Source: an uncultured Lachnospiraceae bacterium
GTDB lineage: Bacteria > Bacillota > Clostridia > Lachnospirales > Lachnospiraceae
Reading direction: 5' to 3'
Assembly: GCA_900319245.1 (NCBI GenBank)
Contig: ONNQ01000008.1
Coordinates: 13,844 to 77,843 of the forward strand
Length of the DNA: 64,000 nucleotides
The position numbers and the translations under genes are program-made. How positions within the stretch are numbered: position 1 is the first letter of the stretch; the number at the start of each line of letters is the position of its first letter. The notes beneath the pieces were generated by a model. It was given only the letters and a program-made list of their open reading frames with translations. It was not told the DNA's origin and did no database searches. This document shows positions 58,858 to 64,000 of this stretch, in pieces.

Positions 58858-60042
58858 TCAGTCTCTCTCAACGATTGCAGCGCAGCCCATGCCGCCGCCT
58901 ACGCAAAGGGTAGCAAGGCCCTTCTTGGCATCTCTCTTCTCCATCTCATAGAGCAGAGTGACAAGAATACGTGTGCCGGAGCATCCTACGGGATGGCCAA
59001 GTGCGATCGCGCCGCCATTGACGTTGAGCTTGTTGAGATCAAATCCAAGGTCATGTCCAACTGCTACGGACTGTGCAGCAAATGCCTCGTTTGCTTCGAT
59101 CAGATCGAAATCGTCAATCTTGTAGCCGCATTTCTCCATGGTCTTGCGTGTTGCTGCTACAGGGCCGATGCCCATGATGCGGGGCTCTACGCCTGCCAGT
59201 TCGCCAGCGATCCATCTTGCCATAGGCTTTACGCCGAGCTCTTTGGCCTTCTCTTCGCTCATTACAACGATTGCAGCTGCTGCATCATTGATACCAGAGG
59301 AGTTTGCCGCTGTAACAACGCCGTCTTTCTTGAAAGCGGGGCGAAGCTTTGCGATGGACTCTTTGGTTGTGCCAGGACGAGGACCTTCGTCTGTGTCAAC
59401 GATCACGGTCTTTTTCTTGCTCTTAACTTCTACAGGGAAAATCTCATCCTTGAACTTGCCTTCCTCGATTGCCTTGGAAGCCTTCTGCTGAGACCATGCA
59501 GCAAACTCATCGAGCTGCTCTCTTGTCAGTCCCCACTCCTCAGCAATGTTCTCTGCGGTGATGCCCATGTGGTAGCCGCCAAAAGCGTCTGTGAGGGCGT
59601 CACGGATCATGGAATCCTCAAGAACACCATGGCCCATGCGATAACCGAAACGGCCCTGCTGTACAAGATAAGGAGCTCTGGACATGCTCTCCATACCGCC
59701 TGCTACGACGATGTCCGCATTGCCATTCTCGATCAGCTTAGCTGCCAGGTTTACGCAGTGAAGACCGGAGCCGCAAAGCACGTTGATGGTGATAGCCGGT
59801 ACCTCTACAGGGATGCCCGCATTGATGGAAGCCTGTCTTGCAGGGTTCTGTCCAAGACCGGCCTGGATGACGTTGCCCATGTATACTTCGTCAACCTGCT
59901 CGGGCTTAACGCCTGCTCTCTTCAGAGCTTCCTTGATTGCCATTGCGCCAAGATCGGGCGCGGGGATGGAGCTAAGCTGACCGCCCATGGTTCCGATTGC
60001 GGTTCTGCAAGCGCCTGCCAGTACTACTTTTCTCTTGCTCAT
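58858..60042 (-). CDS. thl: Acetyl-CoA C-acetyltransferase (thiolase), copy 2
   Basis: [28 protein letters not shown]; AGGAGG RBS before ATG 60042. Confidence 0.95.
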   Translation of the reverse strand: MSKRKVVLAGACRTAIGTMGGQLSSIPAPDLGAMAIKEALKRAGVKPEQVDEVYMGNVIQAGLGQNPARQASINAGIPVEVPAITINVLCGSGLHCVNLAAKLIENGNADIVVAGGMESMSRAPYLVQQGRFGYRMGHGVLEDSMIRDALTDAFGGYHMGITAENIAEEWGLTREQLDEFAAWSQQKASKAIEEGKFKDEIFPVEVKSKKKTVIVDTDEGPRPGTTKESIAKLRPAFKKDGVVTAANSSGINDAAAAIVVMSEEKAKELGVKPMARWIAGELAGVEPRIMGIGPVAATRKTMEKCGYKIDDFDLIEANEAFAAQSVAVGHDLGFDLNKLNVNGGAIALGHPVGCSGTRILVTLLYEMEKRDAKKGLATLCVGGGMGCAAIVERD

Positions 60043-60172
60043 TTGATTTCCTCCTGATGTGCCATTATTTAAGTTTGCCCCCGGATGAGATCCCGGGGGC
60101 AATATGACTATCTGTGTAAACTATGATGCATATTGAGGAACAGCCTTGTATCAGCCGATTCCACTATTTGTA

Positions 60173-61351
60173 TCAGTCTCTCTCAACGATAGTAGCGCAG
60201 CCCATACCGCCGCCGATGCAAAGTGTTGCAAGGCCTCTCTTCGCATCTCTCTTCACCATCTCGTGAAGCAGAGTAACAAGGATACGGCATCCGGAAGCAC
60301 CTACGGGATGTCCAAGAGCGATGGCGCCGCCGTTTACGTTGAGCTTACTAAGATCGAATCCGAGTTCCTTTCCTACTGCGACAGACTGTGCAGCGAACGC
60401 CTCATTTGCCTCATACAGATCGAACTGGTCGATTGTAAGGCCGGTTCTTGCCAGAACCTTCTTGGTTGCAGCAACAGGTCCAACGCCCATGATGGAGGGA
60501 TCTACGCCGCCAAGAGCGCCTGCTACCCATGTAGCCATAGGGGTAACACCGAGCTCTTTAGCCTTCTCTTCGCTCATAACGATAACGCAAGCTGCGCCGT
60601 CGTTGATACCGGAAGCATTACCTGCTGTGGTTACGCCGCCTGCATTGATCGCGCGAAGCTTAGCAAGGCTCTCCGGAGTCGTGCCGGGACGAGGGCCTTC
60701 GTCTGTGTCAACGACAACAGTCTGCTTTTTCAGCTTGACTTCTACAGGAACGATTTCATCCTTGAACTTACCAGCTTCCATAGCTGCGCAAGCCTTGTTC
60801 TGGCTGTTTGCTGCGAAAACATCGAGTTCTTCTCTTGTAAGGCCCCACTGTTCTGCTACGTTGTCAGCAGTCTTGATCATGTGATAGTCATTGAATGCAT
60901 CCCACAGGGCATCCTTGATCATGGTATCAACCAGAACGCCGTTGTTCATTCTGTAACCATAACGGCCCTGCATGATAGCATAAGGAGCAAGAGACATGTT
61001 CTCCATACCACCTGCTACAACGATATCTGCCGATCCTGCCATGATCTTCTCTGCTGCCATATTGACGCAGTTCAGACCGGAGCCGCATACTACGTTGATG
61101 GTAACTGCAGGAACTTCTACAGGAAGTCCGGCCTTGATCGAAGCCTGTCTGGCCACGTTCTGGCCCTGGCCTGCCTGGATTACGCAGCCCATGAGAACTT
61201 CATCAACCTGATCACCGGCGATACCAGTGCGATTCAGAGCTTCTTTGATAACGATAGAGCCCAGATCTGCTGCTTTCACTGTGCTGAGCTGTCCGCCCAT
61301 CTTGCCGATTGCTGTGCGGCACGCGCCTGCCAAAACAACTTTCTTTGCCAT
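60173..61351 (-). CDS. thl: Acetyl-CoA C-acetyltransferase (thiolase), copy 1
   Basis: [28 protein letters not shown]. Confidence 0.95.
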   Translation of the reverse strand: MAKKVVLAGACRTAIGKMGGQLSTVKAADLGSIVIKEALNRTGIAGDQVDEVLMGCVIQAGQGQNVARQASIKAGLPVEVPAVTINVVCGSGLNCVNMAAEKIMAGSADIVVAGGMENMSLAPYAIMQGRYGYRMNNGVLVDTMIKDALWDAFNDYHMIKTADNVAEQWGLTREELDVFAANSQNKACAAMEAGKFKDEIVPVEVKLKKQTVVVDTDEGPRPGTTPESLAKLRAINAGGVTTAGNASGINDGAACVIVMSEEKAKELGVTPMATWVAGALGGVDPSIMGVGPVAATKKVLARTGLTIDQFDLYEANEAFAAQSVAVGKELGFDLSKLNVNGGAIALGHPVGASGCRILVTLLHEMVKRDAKRGLATLCIGGGMGCATIVERD

Positions 61352-61463
61352 TTCTTTCCTCCATTTTGTGTGCTGTAGATAATATGGTTTACTCCTTGAT
61401 CAGCCAAAAAACGAGTGCTCCGACGCTTTCTTCAAAGAACCCGCTTCTGCCTCTAACGAGTCT

Positions 61464-61503
61464 ATTATAGCACGCTAATCCCATATTGTGAATTAAATAT
61501 CAA
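61464..61503 (-). promoter_or_regulatory. Thiolase promoter overlapped by a Rex-like operator
   Basis: Minus strand TTCACA-17-TATAAT with TG extension; TTGTGAA-TTAA-ATATCAA (61486-61503) resembles the Rex consensus TTGTGAA-N4-TTCACAA. Confidence 0.65.
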
Positions 61504-61625
61504 TTCAAAAAGGTCCTGTATTAAAACATTTTTTCCAGGCACAGTATCTGCAGCTCATTATTTTGATTTAGTAAAGGCCGCACGGACCAAAGGGTCCATG
61601 CGGCCATTCGTTACTGCAATATCAA

Positions 61626-62636
61626 TTATGCCTCTTTCAGCTTCTTGATCTCGGCGGTCAGAGCAGGAACTACCTCATAGAGGTCGCCTACTACGCCGTA
61701 ATCTGCGATATTGAAGATGTTCGCATCCTCATCCTTGTTGATGGCAACGATGCAGTCAGAGCTGCTCATGCCTGCCACGTGCTGGATAGCACCGGAGATG
61801 CCGCATGCGATGTAGAGCTTAGGACCAACAGTCTTACCAGTCTGTCCGACCTGGTGAGCGTGTGCGATCCAGCCGCTGTCAACTGCTGCACGGGAAGCGC
61901 CAACTACGCCGCCGAGCAGGTCAGCGAGGGGCTTCAGAGTGGTGTTGAAGCCTTCCGGGCCGCCCATTCCACGACCACCGGAAACGATCACGTCAGCGCC
62001 TTCGAGATCAACCATCTCGCCTGCTGCGTCCAAAATTGTCTCAAGGATGCAGGTGCGGATATCTTCGGGAGCTACGTGGAAATCTTCCTTGATCACTTCT
62101 GCCTTGTTCTCGCCAGCTTCCGGTTTCTTGAATACGCCGGGACGAACGGTACCGCACTGAGGGCGGTGATCAGGGCACATGATGGTAGCCATCAGGTTGC
62201 CGCCGAATGCCGGACGTGTCCAAGCAACGTTGCCTGTCTCTTCATCAATGTCAAGGCTTGTGCAGTCTGCAGTCAGACCGGTTCTAAGTCTGGAGGAGAA
62301 ACGAGGGCCAAGGTCACGGCCGTTCGGTGTAGCACCGATCATAACTGTGGTGGGGCCATATTTCTCAACAACATATGTAAGAGCGTTTACATATGCATCT
62401 GTGCTGAACTGCTCATACTCAGGTCCCTCGATCACGATTACCTGGTCTGCGCCATAAATGCCAGCCTGCTCAACGGACTCTGCTACGTTATTACCAATAA
62501 CAACGCCTACAAGCTTGCCGCCCTGCTTGTCAGCAAGCATACGGCCGGGATTCAGGAGCTCCAGTCCGACTTTCTTCGGGGAACCATCCTCGTTAGTTTC
62601 AATAAATACCCAAAGGTCTTTTGTCTTAGCTTCCAT
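61626..62636 (-). CDS. etfA: Electron transfer flavoprotein alpha subunit
   Basis: [44 protein letters not shown]. Confidence 0.96.
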   Translation of the reverse strand: MEAKTKDLWVFIETNEDGSPKKVGLELLNPGRMLADKQGGKLVGVVIGNNVAESVEQAGIYGADQVIVIEGPEYEQFSTDAYVNALTYVVEKYGPTTVMIGATPNGRDLGPRFSSRLRTGLTADCTSLDIDEETGNVAWTRPAFGGNLMATIMCPDHRPQCGTVRPGVFKKPEAGENKAEVIKEDFHVAPEDIRTCILETILDAAGEMVDLEGADVIVSGGRGMGGPEGFNTTLKPLADLLGGVVGASRAAVDSGWIAHAHQVGQTGKTVGPKLYIACGISGAIQHVAGMSSSDCIVAINKDEDANIFNIADYGVVGDLYEVVPALTAEIKKLKEA

Positions 62637-62650
62637 TGCTATCCCTCCTG

Positions 62651-63454
62651 TCAGATAATGTTATTATCAACCAGAATCTGAGCGAGCTTAGCTGCAGACT
62701 CTGCGCCGGTCTCTTCCTTGATCACCATGCCGCCCTGTTTAACGGGAGGAGTAAAGGATTTCTTAACATGAGTGGGGGATCCGGCAAGACCATAGTGAGC
62801 CTTATCCATCTCAGGATCAAAATCATCACCCAGTGTCTCAAACTTCGCTCTGTTAGCAGCGAGTTTACGCTTGATTGTGGGATAACGGGGATCGAAAGAA
62901 GGCTTTGTGAATGTGACAAGGCAAGGGCACTTAATGCCGATGATCTGCTTGCCGTTCTCCGCTTCCTTTGTAACCTTCAGGCCATCTTCAGTCGCTTCGC
63001 ACTCAAGTCCATAAGTAACCTGGGGAAGTCCCAGCCACTCAGCGATTTCAGGTCCGACCTGTGCAGTATCACCATCAATTGCCTGCTTGCCGCAGAAGAT
63101 CGCGTCAAAAGCGCCTTCTTTCTCTTCAATCTTCTTGATGGCGTGGGAAATGATGTAGGAAGTAGCAAGGGTGTCAGATCCACCGAACGTACGACCGGAT
63201 ACAAGATAGCCCTTATCCGCTGCGATAGCTACGCACTCTTTAAGAACTGCGACTGCCTGCGGCGGTCCCATTGTAACTACAGTGATCTTTGTGCTGGGAT
63301 CCTTATCCTTAATGCGGGCAGCCGCCTCAAGAGCATAGCCGTCAAAAGGATTCAGAATAGCCGGGACACCCTCACGGATCAGGGTGTGCTTTACCGGATC
63401 GATCTTAATCTGAGTCGTATCCGGAACCTGTTTTACGCAAACAAGAATGTTCAT
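62651..63454 (-). CDS. etfB: Electron transfer flavoprotein beta subunit
   Basis: VCVKQVPDT, GSDTLATS, GKQAIDGDTAQVGP. Confidence 0.96.
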   Translation of the reverse strand: MNILVCVKQVPDTTQIKIDPVKHTLIREGVPAILNPFDGYALEAAARIKDKDPSTKITVVTMGPPQAVAVLKECVAIAADKGYLVSGRTFGGSDTLATSYIISHAIKKIEEKEGAFDAIFCGKQAIDGDTAQVGPEIAEWLGLPQVTYGLECEATEDGLKVTKEAENGKQIIGIKCPCLVTFTKPSFDPRYPTIKRKLAANRAKFETLGDDFDPEMDKAHYGLAGSPTHVKKSFTPPVKQGGMVIKEETGAESAAKLAQILVDNNII

Positions 63455-63703
63455 ATTGTCCTCCTCCTAGGATGTTATTTAGTATATTACTGCCCTGTAT
63501 GTGATCATACAGACGCTTCATATACGTAACTCTATTCCAAATATAGCATGCACTAATTAACATGTGCAATAAATCATCATTCCATTTTTCGAATGATATT
63601 ATTCGAAAATCGAATGTATGAATAATATCTATGCAGGAAGGTTTTGCGCATTCCTGCATAGAATCACATGCTATATTATGGCTCGGTTTAATGACGGATC
63701 AGA

Positions 63704-64000
63704 TTACTTCTTGTCAGTGGGCACCTTGTTGCGAGGGCCATTGGAATAATCATAGAAGCCGATACCGGTCTTAACGCCAAGTCTCTTACCGCGGACCATC
63801 TTGCGAAGCAGAGGGCTTGCAGCATACTTGTTGTCGTGGGTCTCCTCAAAGAGAACATCCATAATAGCAAGGCAGATGTCCAGGCCGATGAAATCGCCGA
63901 GTTCCAGCGGTCCCATGGGGTGGTTGCAGCCAAGCTTCATGCCGTTATCGATACCTTCGATATCAGCTGTGCCAGTGTAATATACGTTGATCGCTTCGTT
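63704..64000 (-). CDS. hbd: 3-hydroxybutyryl-CoA dehydrogenase, C-terminal part (5' end off window)
   Basis: NEAI...[24 protein letters not shown]...[12 protein letters not shown]. Confidence 0.93.
   Translation of the reverse strand, partial: NEAINVYYTGTADIEGIDNGMKLGCNHPMGPLELGDFIGLDICLAIMDVLFEETHDNKYAASPLLRKMVRGKRLGVKTGIGFYDYSNGPRNKVPTDKK

Noticed and set aside
58858-64000. Lower-GC segment as horizontal acquisition
   Set aside because: A/T-ending codons resemble those of rplT/rpmI, consistent with high expression; no mobility genes or boundary repeats. Not quantified.

Overview
Chromosomal window from a GC-rich anaerobic Firmicute, most likely Lachnospiraceae (inferred from DUF5716/DUF5717-type genes, but-type butyrate genes and gene style). 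It is mostly housekeeping: infC-rpmI-rplT with an L20 leader, purB-purA, CIRCE-controlled htpG, folA, Met/polyamine/peptide ABC importers, asnA, gdhA, 11 tRNA genes, and reverse beta-oxidation genes (but; hbd-etfB-etfA-thl-thl with a Rex-like box). No integrase, transposase, prophage, cas gene or true CRISPR array was seen. The best candidates for undescribed biology are: (1) a translationally coupled three-gene unit directly downstream of htpG, encoding a 1259-aa DUF5717-like protein, a degenerate Hsp70-fold DUF5716-like protein and a TPR protein; (2) a tRNA-Pro with a rare A34 (AGG) anticodon; (3) a stand-alone DACNV-type diadenylate-cyclase-fold gene; (4) an NHLP-type peptidase exporter with no visible precursor, coupled to a TraX-like gene and flanked by PP2C/STAS signalling genes; (5) a 17-codon mini-gene with its own promoter, RBS and hairpin, divergent from a peptide importer; (6) tandem thiolases differing at pocket residues. 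All family assignments come from motif recognition by eye; no searches were run.
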